Shown here: piece by piece, positions 53,046 through 64,000 of the stretch
Position numbering within the stretch: position 1 is the stretch's first letter
Layout of the letters: each line of letters opens with the position of its first letter
Assembly (NCBI RefSeq): GCF_004010195.1
Contig: NC_057749.1
Coordinates: 17,284,466 to 17,348,465 of the forward strand
Direction: 5' to 3'
DNA from: Chiloscyllium plagiosum
Taxonomy: Eukaryota
DNA length: 64,000 bases
Position numbers and translations under genes: made by a program
The notes under the pieces: generated by a model
Databases searched by the model: none
Told to the model about the DNA's origin: nothing
The model's input: the letters and a program-made list of their open reading frames with translations, nothing else

Positions 53046-53197
53046 TAAATACATAATAGAAAGGTCGAAGGAAAAGAGGGCAAGAAATATGTAGATATAT
53101 TCCTTATCTGCATTTTGCTAGATCAGTAAGCTCCTTGTAGTTTCCTTTATATTGCTGATTTTGTGTTTTCTTTAACCTTAAATTTTTTGCCCTACAG

Positions 53198-53319
53198 GAG
53201 GAGTACAGGTCAGAAGGTATCAGTTGGCACAATATAGATCATACAGACAACAGTGGCTGTATTAATCTCATCAGCAAGAAACCCACAGGCTTACTGCACC
53301 TATTGGATGAGGAGTGCAA
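53198..53319 (+). CDS. MYO9A: Myosin IXA exon, [40 protein letters not shown](N)
   Basis: ttgccctacag acceptor and gtgagt donor; 122 nt, phase 0/2; EEYxxEGI and LLDEE motifs. Confidence 0.96.
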
Positions 53320-53769
53320 GTGAGTATTCAGAATAACCTGATGTAATGCACTATAGTTAATAGTGAGTGAGTTTGAAATATGGGTAGAACAGTATCAAAT
53401 TCCTGTGTTCATCGTATAAAGGGGGATGGTCACTTGTTTAAATTAACTGGTTAATGTGTCTGTTAAAACAGTAAAGCAAATAATTTAGGAGAGTTTTGTT
53501 TGTGCATTATACCTGACTGTGATTTCAAGCATGACCTTTTAATGGTTGACGTCTAATATGTTGAAACCGTTTCAAGCCCATAATCTTAAGAACTCAGCGA
53601 TTAAACCTTTATTGTTCTAACTTTTGATGCTACTCAGACCCTTAGTTGGAATACTTTACAATTACTTCCTGATAATAGCATCAAGGAAGACTAGAAATGG
53701 GCCAACAGCCAAATAATCTGGAGGCTGGCAGTGGGTTTTTGAACAGAAAGTGGACTGTTCCATGATTGG

Positions 53770-54020
53770 AATAGAAACATAGAAGGTAGGAGCAGGAGTG
53801 GGCCATTCAACTCCTCAAGCCTGCTCCACCATTCAATATGATCATGGCTGATCATTGAGCTCAATAGCATAATCCCATGCTCTACCCCATATCCCTTAGC
53901 ACCTTTAGCCAGAAGAGCTATATTTACCTTGTCCTTTGGTAGTGAATTCCATGGGTTCACTGTCCTGTGGGTGAAGAAATTTCTCCTGATTTCATTCCTA
54001 AAAGGTTATTCCTCAGCTTT
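53770..54020 (-). mobile_element. CR1 3' end
   Basis: NPWNSLP remnant and (TTCTATG)-type tail. Confidence 0.7.
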
Positions 54021-54329
54021 TAAACAATGACTGTGGCTGCCTCAAATGCAAAGTGTTTTTCTTAAGTGTGTAGGTTAATTTCAGTGCTGTTCCTGACTTT
54101 GTGAATCTTTTAATATACTTATTTTCCTTCACAATTGGCACATAGCTAAGTTATACATGTTTGTTATTAAGTGACTTTAATATAATTCTCTGTGAGGTGA
54201 GTTAATTAACATATAATTATTTTAGTTTAAGCCTACCAGAATTATTGTTTCTTTTACTTCTTGTTCCAAACTGATCACAAACATCATGATCTGGTGAATG
54301 TTTTTTAAACCAACCTTCTATTTGACATT

Positions 54330-54984
54330 TTAAAATGTGGAAAAGCACAGCAGGTCAGGCAGCATCCGAGGAGCAGTAAAATCAACGTTTCGGGCATAAA
54401 CCCTTCATCTGGAAGGAGGGGTGGGGTGGTGGAGAAGGGAGCTGAGAGATAAATAAGAGGATGAGGGTGGAACTGGGCGGGGGGGGGGCAGGTAGCTGGG
54501 CAAGTGGGATCAAGAGGGTGATGCTGGGTTGGATCTGGGATGAGGTGGGGGAGGTCAGAATTGGAAACTAGTGAAGTCAACATTGATGCCATGTGGTCGA
54601 AGGGTCCCGAGGCAGAAGATGAGGTGTTCTTCTTCCAGTTGTTGAGTGGCTTGATTTTGGCCGTGGGAGAGGCCCAGGACTTGCATGTCCTTGGTGGAAT
54701 GGGAGGGGGAGTTGAAGTGTTCAGTCACAGGGCAGTGGGGCTGTTGGTGTGTGTCCCAGAGATGTTCCCAGAAATGCTCCGCGATTTGGCGTCCTGTCTC
54801 CCCGATGTAGAGGAGATCACATCGAGAGCAACGGACACAGTAAATGAGGTGGGGAGATGTGCAGGAAAAGCTGTCAGATGTGAAAAGATCCTTTAGGCCC
54901 TTGGACAGAGGTGTGGGGGAGATGTCAGCACAGGTTTTCTCGATTCTTCTCGACTCTGACTGCCCAACATCTGCAGTCCTCACT
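54330..54984 (-). mobile_element. Penelope-like element 3' fragment (GIY-YIG plus pLTR, short inverted piece)
   Basis: ORF 54555..54983 LIYCVRCSRCDLLYIGETGR..HFN..EEHLIFCLGTLRPHGINVDF; 14-bp TSD ttctatttgacatt at 54316-54329 and 54985-54998. Confidence 0.9.
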
Positions 54985-56749
54985 TTCTATTTGACATTGT
55001 CCATTTTTAACATGTAATTCTTCTTGTACAGTGTTGACCCTGGAATTTCAGCGGTCTTAACTGGTGGGTTGGAATATTTGAAATTTCACTAGTTTGTCCA
55101 TATGAATCATAAAAGTTACTCTGCACAGATCACAGATTATTCCCTCCAAGCTTAGGTTGCATTCAAAAGGAGCATTGTGCAGTGCTAAGGTATACTGGTG
55201 CATAAGAATACCATTAGCCATAGATCAATTCCTGATGAATTAGGAGCATCCATTACATGGTATGGAAGGAGAGTCATTTGAGGCCACTTTCAGGATAAGG
55301 GAATTGGACATAGTGGGTATGAGTGCAATGAACTGTTGTTCTAGCATTTAAATTAAAACTGATTTGATGTAACAGCAGCCAGAAGACTGTAATGCAGGAT
55401 GAGAATTAGCTTACATTTCATTTTGTTTTTTCTTTGCTATATTGGTATCAATAACTAGCTAATCCTGGGTAATATGGTTGGAAATAAATAAGACTTAGAT
55501 ATATGGGGGCAAAGGGGTGCTGCCAATAGTTTGGATAAATCATTTTGGTTGTTTTTGAATCTGTCCAATAAACAATCATTTTTCTGATATCCATGATGGA
55601 GATTTGCAAAGATTAAGGCTCTCACTGCTCCCTGTTATTCCGTAGAACAGATAGTTTGTAAAGGAGTAACAACAGCTTTGACAAAGGGTCAGTTAGACTC
55701 GGATTGTCAGCTCTTTTCTCTCCTTACAGATGCTGCCAGACTTGCTGAGATTTTCCAGCATTTTCTCTTTTTTGGTTTCAGATTCCAGCATCCGCAGTAA
55801 TTTGCTTTTAACCTGATAATTACAGCTTCTTATTCACATAGAGTATCAAATAGGATAGCCTGGTCAGTGCAGTGCAATTTAATCTGAGGTTTTATTTTAT
55901 TTTGTGTAAATCAAGCACAAATTGGAACCAGAAAGTGACTGACATGTAATCCCTGATGAAAACAAAATTGAATTTTCATAACAGTAACATGATGTATAAT
56001 AGCTGTAAATAATGGATATCTGTATGGCTGGTTGGTAGCATTTTCCTGCTCCAAGATGGACCTCTGACTCATTGGCCCACAGGATCAAATAGATGTTCAA
56101 GTGGAGAGGGTTATGATTATTATCACCATTGTTCCTGTCCAGGAGATGGTGAGCGATTGGTTTGAGATTGCTATAAGATCCTGGATCATGTTACTTAAGT
56201 ATGAAACCTCATGACTGAGACCAACATGATTTGGCTGTGACCTATATTGTCAGTGAACAATAAACCCAACCCTTGGGACAACCAACACTGCTAGAATATC
56301 TTCCAGACTTGGTTATCTTATGAAAAATATCATTACTTCAGAAAATTATAAAAATGTAGAATTGCTGAAATTCTGAGAGAGAGCACTTGGAAACATAAAT
56401 ATAGGTTAAAGGTATAGTTGAGAGTCTTCCATTCAAGCTCAATATTCTCACGAACATTTTCTGTTCTTGTAACGAATCTGGTGCTTTTAAAGAAAGTGTC
56501 ATCCGTATACCTTACCATATCTCAGAAGTGTTTGAAAGGTCTTCACAATTAATCAATTATTTATTTGAAAACAATAATACTTTAATATGACAAATGTGGC
56601 ATCTGATTCATGCACAGCCATTTCCCACAAAAAATTGATTTAATCATAAATTACAGAAGAAGCCATTTGGCCCATTGAGTTTGTCCTGCCAATGGTACTT
56701 AATGTCATGGAAAGAATTACCAAATCTGAGTAAGACCATAAACAAATGG

Positions 56750-58750
56750 ATGTAGCAACAGAAGTAGGCCATTTGGCCCTTCAAGTGCTCTGCCATTCAA
56801 TGAGATCATAACTGATCTGATAATTCTCAACTTCATGTTCCTGCCTTTTTCCCCTTACTGATTAAAAATCTGTCCATTTTGGCCTTAAGTATGCTTAATA
56901 ACCTAGCCATGATAGCTCTGTACAATGAAGAATTCCACAAATTGACTAAAATACACCTCATTTCTATATTAAATTGACATGCTCTTACTCTGAAATTATG
57001 CTCACAGTCCTAGATTCTGCCAGAAAGGGAAACAACCTTGGAACCTATTCTGTCATAAGAATCATATATTTCAATAAAGTCAGCTCCCATTCTTTTAAGC
57101 CTAATCTACTCAACCTGTCCACATAAAAGAATTCCTCCATACCTGGGATCAATGTAATGAATCATCTCTGGATTGTGATCTAATTATTGCCTTGTATAGT
57201 TTTAGCAAGACTACCATATTTTTATACTCCATTCCCTTTGAAATAAAGGCCAATGTTTCAATTGCCTTCCCTCTTACCTACTGAACTTTTATTCTAACTT
57301 TGTTTTATACATGTAGACCTCAAATCTCTCTGTGCACTTGTTCCCATTTAATTAATATTCAGCTCTTCTATTCTTCCTGTATATAACCTCATGTTTTCCC
57401 ACCTTGTGTTCTTTCTGCCAAATTGTTGTCCACTCATGCAACCTGTTTATATCCCACTAGATTCTTTGTATTGTCCCTATCATTTGCCTTCTTATCCATT
57501 TTCATGTCATCATTGACAAGCTTAGCGATAGCGTACTAAACCCTCACCCAAGGCATTAATATATATTATAAATAATTGTGCATCCGGCAGTGATCCCTGT
57601 TGGACTCCACAAGTTACATTTTGCTATGCTGAAAATGCATCCTTTTATCTCAACTCTCTATCCTCTATTAGTTAACAAATGCTTTATCCATGCTAATATA
57701 CAACTTCAAACACCACTGGCTCTTATGAAATAGATTTATATGTAGTACCTTGTGGAAGACCTTTTGGAAATCTAAACATGTTATGTCCATTGGTTCTCCT
57801 TCATCTATCTTGCTTTTTGCTTCCTCAAAGAATGCTAGTAAACTCTGCATGAAGCCATGCAGAGTCGTCTTGATTTTATTATATATTTCTAAATGGTCTG
57901 CTACTGCATCCTTTAGGGTACTTATCCTATTCATTTCCCATTTCTCCATTGGTATTTCCTCAGCCTTGTTCTCCTAGGTGGCCTTTGTACACTTTGGCCC
58001 CTCATTTCCTTTTCATGTATTTAAAGAAGCTCCTACTGTCCATTTTTATCTTGTTTGCTAGTATTTTCTCCCTCATTATTTTGGGGTCATCCTTTGCTTT
58101 TAAACCTTTCCTAATCTTCTGGTTTACCAATAATGTTTGTCACATTGTATGTTTTTTTTCTTTAAGTTTGAAACCGTCTTTAATGTCCTTAGTTAATCAA
58201 AGTTGGTTTATTCCCTTCCGAGAAAGTCTTTTCCTAGAATCCTGTCTTCCTCACTGGGCTATATTTACACTGAGTCATGAAATAATTTCTGAAATATCTG
58301 CCTTTGTTCCTCAATCATCTTTTCTACTATACTCCTTTCCCAATCCACTCAAGGCAACTCAGACCTCATCCCTGCGAAATTACCCTTTGTTTAGCACAGA
58401 TATTTTCAACCAAGTTTCTCGCTCTCAAACTAAATGCTAAATTTCGCTGTGCTTTGGTCACTTTTCTCTAGGGAGTTTCTTACTTATTAAACCTGCCACA
58501 TTATACATTGCCAGAGCCAAAATCGCATGATCCCTGATTGGATCCATGACATATTGACCCAGAAAACTGTCCCGAATAAATTCTACTTGTTATTTTTGCA
58601 AAGTTGATTTTCCAAATCTGCATGAAGATGACAGTCATTCAGGATTAGTCAACTGACTTTTTCTTTAAGCCCTCAGTATTTCATGGTTTATTCTGTTCTA
58701 CAGAACTGATACTGTTTTGGGGATGGGTAGTTCTTTAGACTACTCCCACT
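56750..58750 (-). mobile_element. Old, heavily deleted CR1 LINE
   Basis: ORF 57668..57949 DITCLDFQKVFHKVLH; CR1-type 3' end near 56760. Confidence 0.7.
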
Positions 58751-59182
58751 AGTGTAGTCGTATACCACTCATATTGGTTCTACATCATCATTATCCAAGA
58801 TCATTTCTTGCTATCATAGTCATTCTAGCAATGTCAGTTAGGTGATCCAGTCTTGGAGTGGGGCTTTTGATGTGTGACCTAATTCTATTTGAGTGCTGCC
58901 AACTGAGCTAGACCATTAAATTAGTTCTTTCTTTTTGAAACCCATTCCTTTTCCCTTTATAATCTAGGGGTACTATTCCTGAATACAGTCCCACTCCAGA
59001 TGAGATCAGTTAACTCAGTACAAGCCAAAGGTGAAGCCTGTCCAACAAAGTTCCATCTTCAGTAAAAGGAGATGGTTTGTGAAAGCTGTGGAACCACTTG
59101 GTTAACTAGATCCCTGATGTTTCTGTGCAGATAAGAATCACTCAGCTGACGTTTAAATGTAATTATTTTCCTTTCAATTCAG

Positions 59183-59324
59183 TTTTCCACAGGCAACAAA
59201 TCAGACGCTGTTGGAAAAATTCAAGCGGCAGTATGAAGGGAACAATTATATCGAGTTCCCAGCGGTGATGGAGCAAGCTTTTATAGTAAAACACTATGCA
59301 GGGAAAGTCAAGTACCAAATGAAG
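59183..59324 (+). CDS. MYO9A: Myosin IXA exon, FPQATNQTLLEKFKRQYEGNNYIEFPAVMEQAFIVKHYAGKVKYQMK
   Basis: ctttcaattcag acceptor and gtctgt donor; 142 nt, phase 2/0; HYAGxVxY motif. Confidence 0.96.
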
Positions 59325-60432
59325 GTCTGTACTGTGTAAATAATTGTCATCCATTGCTCTAGAAGAGTACTGAATAGAAATTGGAGGGGGTATCGACCTT
59401 CTGAACAGTGGAGTGCTTGAGCCAAAGAGTGTACTTTATGCAGTGCATCTAACATCCAGAGCAGGGAAAAGTCATGATTGATAGATGTGAAGCTAGAAGA
59501 ACAGAGCAGGTCAGACAGCATCTTAAGGGGTTTTGAGCTCTTCCAGCTTCACATCTATCAACTCCGACTTCTAGCATCTTAGTCAGGGAGAAGTCATGAT
59601 TCAGTCCCCAGTCTGTACTGACTTGACAAATATCAGCTGGAAAGCTATGATGCCCCATGATTAAGGAGAGACAAATAAGCACATTGCAGCTCCTGATCAT
59701 AATCCAGTTGCCCTTATTGAGACTTAAGTCTTGATATTATTTCTTGATATAGTATCAGTCAAACTTCATGTCATGCTTTCCATGATGTAGTGCTTTATCA
59801 TACTGTCTATGATAAATTAATACTTTCTGGCTAGAGATCTTCTGAAGTTAACCCTCCAAAAGTATATGATGGCTTTGATCAGTGGAAGCATACATTCACC
59901 AGAACGATATAGGGGCTAAAGGGATTAAATTATGAGGACAGATTGTACTGATGATCTATGCTTGCATCCCTTTACTATAGATGATTAAAGGCATATCAAA
60001 TTGATGTGTTCAAGATGATTAATGGTTTTAATGGGTACTGTGGAATTGTTGCTGCTAATGGGAATAAATTTATTTCTTCTTGTACATCATGGGTTATAAC
60101 ATTTTAAAGTTAAAAGTTAGACCATTCAGAGTGATTTCATGGGGCATCACTTGTAACGTAGTGGAAATTTCTCCTTTCCCAAAAAGATTTTGAGTCTGGG
60201 CATCAATTGAAACTTTAAGAACTATAATTGAATGATGGTAGTGTCCTCTTTCTACAATCCTAAAAAAATAGGAAATTGGAGGATGTCCCTGTGGTGTTGT
60301 ATATCCAAATGAGTTGGTTTCCCTCAGTCAATGGGGAGAAGGGTGATGGAAGTAGTGGAAATTACCTTCAATGAGAAAAGAATAGTTCAAGTTTTGTGTA
60401 AAGATTTCTAGCTTGGGTGCCGATTGCAGTTT

Positions 60433-60747
60433 CATAGAATCCCTATAGTGTGGAAATAGGCCATTTGGTCCATCGAGTCCACACTGACCCACAGAACAGC
60501 ATCTCACCCACACCACCTCTGTGTTCCCCATGGCTAACCCACCTAGCCTACACACTGTGGTCAATTTAGCATGGCCTAGCCTGCACATCTTTGGACTGTG
60601 ACAGAAAACCGGCGCAACTGGCGGGAACCCACGCAACCACGGGGAGAATATGCAAACTCCACACAGACAGTGACCTGAAGCTGGAATCGAACCCAAGTCT
60701 CTGGAGCTGTGAGGCAGCAGTGCTAGTCACTGAGCCAACATGCCACC
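60433..60747 (-). mobile_element. HE1-like V-SINE
   Basis: Homologous to 10074-10422. Confidence 0.85.
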
Positions 60748-60750
60748 CAG

Positions 60751-61956
60751 TTGTTGTGGGTATGTTCACTGAGCTGGGAATTTGGTTTGCGGAGGTTTCG
60801 TCCCCTTTCCAGGTGACACCCTCAGTGCTGTGGAGCCTCCTGTAAAACACTGATGTAATGTGTTGGTTGGAATTTATTTTGTTCCCACTGTTTCCGGTTG
60901 CCGGTTCTGGTTGTTCGTTGCAGTGGTCAGTATATTGGGTCTTGGTCAATGTGTTTGTTGATGAAGCCAGTGGATGAGTGTCAAGCTTCTAGGAATTCTC
61001 TGGCTGTCCTCTGTTTGGTTTGTCCTATTATTGTTGTGTTGTCCAGTCAGATTTGTGATCCTTGTCATCTCTGTGCGTAGATACTAAGGATAGCTGGTCC
61101 TAGCATTTGGTGGCTAGTTGATGCTCATGAATGCGGATGGCCAGTTGACTGCTTGTTTGTCCAATATAGTGTTCCGTGTAGTCTTTGCATGGAATCTTGT
61201 ATACTATGTTTGTCCTGCACATGATGGGTATTGGGTCTTTTGTTCTGGTGAGTTATCTGAACGTGGCTGTCAGTTTATGGGCTGTCATAAATCAGAGTAG
61301 TCAGAGGAGTCTGGCTGTCAGTTCCAAGACGTTTTTTTAATATAAGGTAGAGTGGTTAGTGTGTTGGGTCGTGGCATGTCCTCGTCGCGTTGTCTGTCTG
61401 CCAGGCATCTGTGGATGAAGTTGCAGGGATATCCTTTCTTGGCAAAGACTTTTTAAGGTGCTTTTCTTTTCACAGGTCAGGAGTGCTGCAGTGTTTTGTA
61501 GCTGTTTTAAACAGAGTCCGAATGCAGTTTCTCTGTGTTTGAGTGGTGGTTATAATTCAAAATCTGGTCTATGTGTAGTTTTTCTGTCAACTTTTGTGCA
61601 TTCCTTGTTCTGTGTTCATTCTACCATCACATCCAGAAATGGGAATTGATTGTTAATTTCCTCCTCTCTCATAAATTTGATCCCTGTGAGCATGATGTTG
61701 ATAATTCGGTGTGTGTTCTTGATTCTGTTCTTTTAATTATTACAAAAATACCCCAACAATAAACACATTGACCTAGACCCAATATACCGACCACTGCAAT
61801 GAGCAACCAGAAGGAGTGGGCATGAAACCAAATAAAGTCTAACTGACAATAAAGCAGTGCTCCTCAGGAGGCTCCACAGCACTGACGATGTCACCTAGAA
61901 AGGGAACGAAACATCTGCAAACCAAATTCCCAACTCTCTGAACAGTCCCACAACAA
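60751..61956 (-). mobile_element. Poseidon-type Penelope element with inverted pLTR, ending 70 bp before a MYO9A exon
   Basis: Termini ttgttgtggg / cccacaacaa; body homologous to 13843-14900; HHR-like motif at 61879-61918. Confidence 0.85.
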
Positions 61957-62026
61957 GTGCAGATAAACAATAAGTTATGCAAATAAAAAATGAGATCAAT
62001 CATTATTTCTTTTATGTGTGTTGTAG

Positions 62027-62222
62027 GATTTTCGAGAAAAGAATACTGACCACATGCGTCCCGACATTGTCGCACTTCTGAAAAGCAGTAAGAACGCCTT
62101 CATCAGCACTCTGATTGGCATTGACCCAGTAGCTGTCTTCCGCTGGTCAATACTGAGGTCCTACTTCCGAGCAGCGGTGGCTTTCCGAGAGGCTGGAAAA
62201 TGCTATGTTGTGAAGAAACCTG
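62027..62222 (+). CDS. MYO9A: Myosin IXA exon entering the class IX loop-2 insert, [65 protein letters not shown](G)
   Basis: gtgttgtag acceptor and gtaagg donor; 196 nt, phase 0/1; overlaps track ORF 62054..62242; gene continues beyond both window edges. Confidence 0.95.
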
Positions 62223-62288
62223 GTAAGGGGAAGCGTGGGTAATTTCATGCATTCACTCGTTGGGTATAGTTTAAGAAAATGGTCTAGT

Positions 62289-62650
62289 CATAGAATCCCT
62301 ACATGGAATCCGAGAGTTCCTATGTGTGGAAGCAGGCAATTTGGCCCATCGAGTCCACAGTGATGCTGTAAAGAGCATCCCACACAGAACCACCCCTCTA
62401 CCCTTTCCCTGTAATCCTTCATTTCCCATGACTAATCCACCTAGCCTTCTTATCACTGGACACTATGGGCAGTTTAGCATGGCCAATTCACCTAACCTGC
62501 ACATCTTTGGACTTTGGGAGGAAACTGGAACACCAGGAGGAAATCCATGAGACAGGGAGAATGTGCGAAGTCCACATGTACAGTCACCTAAGACTGGAAT
62601 CGAACCCGAGTCCATGGTGCTGTGAGGCAGCAGTGCTAGCCACTGTTCTG
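62289..62650 (-). mobile_element. HE1-like V-SINE
   Basis: Homologous to 10074-10422. Confidence 0.83.
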
Positions 62651-62854
62651 CATTGTGGTAATATCGCTGGACCATTAATCCAGAAATTCAACTAACATTC
62701 AGAATTCAACTAACCAGCAGATGGTGGAATTTGTATTTCTTATATATAAAAAAAGTCTGGAATTAAGAATTACTGATGATTGTGAAATCATTGGTTGCCG
62801 GAACAACCTATGTGATTCACTAATGTACTTCAGGGAAGGAAATCTGCCATCCTT

Positions 62855-63362
62855 GCCTGGGACACACGCACCAAACAATCCCACCGCCCTGTGGCCAACC
62901 TCTTAAACTCCCTCTCCCACCTCTGCCAAGGACATACAAGTCTTGAGCCACTGCCACTGCCAAATCCTAGCCACCCAACAACTTGAGGAAGAATGCCTCA
63001 CCTTCTGCCTTGGGACCCTTCAACCATATGGCATCAACATCAACTTGACTAGTTTGCAAATCTCCCCTTCTCCATCTCATCTCAGATCCAACCTGGCACT
63101 GTCCTCTTGAACTGTCCTACCTGAAAACCCTCCTTCTCACCCATCCACTCCATCCTCCCCACTGACTTATCATCATTACCCCACACCTGCATTCACATAT
63201 CACCTTCCCAACTATCTTCTCCCTCGCCCCAATTCCATCCTCCTATTTATCTCTCGGCCCCCTTCTCCCTCACCTTCCTGATGAAAGTCTTATGCCCAAA
63301 ACATCGATTCTGCTGCTTCTCGGATACTGCCTGTCCTGTTCTTTTCCAGTGCCACATTTTTT
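62855..63362 (+). mobile_element. Penelope-like 3' fragment plus pLTR
   Basis: Reverse-orientation homologue of 54330-54984; cctgatgaaagtcttatgcccaaaacatcg core. Confidence 0.8.
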
Positions 63363-64000
63363 GACTGATCCTTACCTGGTCTGTCTGCAGAACCACAGCA
63401 ATATGTTTGACTCTCAACAGCCTCTGAGATGGCCTGATGAGCCACTCATTTGTATCAATTGCCACACAGTCACAACTAAGAAATGAAACCAGATAGACTA
63501 TCTGACATTGACTTAGGCACCAGAAGCAACAATTGCAAAAACATCCCTTGTCTACCCTGCACGGACCTCTCTACTATCCACTAAAATTGGGAGAGCTATC
63601 TCACATGCGAGTCAATCTAGAGCTTGACATAATCACAGAATCACACTTTACAGATAATGCCTCAGACGACACCGTTCCTAAACATGTCCTACTCCACCGG
63701 CAGGACAGACACAGCAGAAGTGACGGGACAGTTTTTCGTAAAACATTCACTCACTGGCTGTGGGTGTCTCTGGTGAGGCCAGAATTAATTGCCTATCCCT
63801 AATTACCCAAAGGGCAGTCTAGAATCCGTCAGATTGCTGTCGGCTAGTCCAGACAACGATATCCTCCCTAAAGAATATTAATGAACCAAATGGGTTTTTC
63901 CGACAATTGACAATGGTTTCATGGTCATCAATAGACCCCTAATTCCAGATTCTGACTGAATCCAAATTCCATCACGTGGCATGGTAGGATTTGAACCCAG

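Noticed and set aside
3502..62222. MYO9B instead of MYO9A
   Set aside because: The TKKPLRQ exon and motifs such as KKKTYRDDS, NPEVLPIVSELL and EDYENNSFE fit MYO9A better from memory; a reciprocal BLAST would confirm
1..64000. CRISPR array, operon or other prokaryotic system
   Set aside because: No regularly spaced repeat-spacer array and no long uninterrupted ORFs; the DNA is a spliced vertebrate gene full of retroelements

Overview
Vertebrate genomic DNA, very probably a shark: HE1-like V-SINEs, abundant CR1 LINEs and Penelope-like elements. The window holds nine consecutive internal coding exons (1,084 nt, about 361 aa, + strand, all GT-AG and phase-compatible) of the unconventional myosin MYO9A motor domain, from the short TKKPLRQ exon through switch II (DIFGFE) to the start of the class IX loop-2 insert. 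The rest is intron packed with dead mobile elements. Highlights: (1) a nest bounded by target-site duplications (TSDs), Neptune-type Penelope element > full-length L1 > Poseidon-type Penelope element plus a 59-bp SINE/LINE tail flanked by an 80-bp perfect duplication; (2) at least three Penelope-related families carrying minimal hammerhead-ribozyme (HHR) motifs whose helix-III tetramer stays palindromic (ACGT versus AGCT), including many 130-230 bp fold-back copies with 8-16 bp TSDs; (3) a Tx1-like LINE containing a locally templated inverted insertion joined by microhomology, later hit by a solo LTR. No prokaryotic system is present. Exon and TSD coordinates were counted by hand; boundaries of old repeats are approximate and family names come from motif recognition, not database searches.
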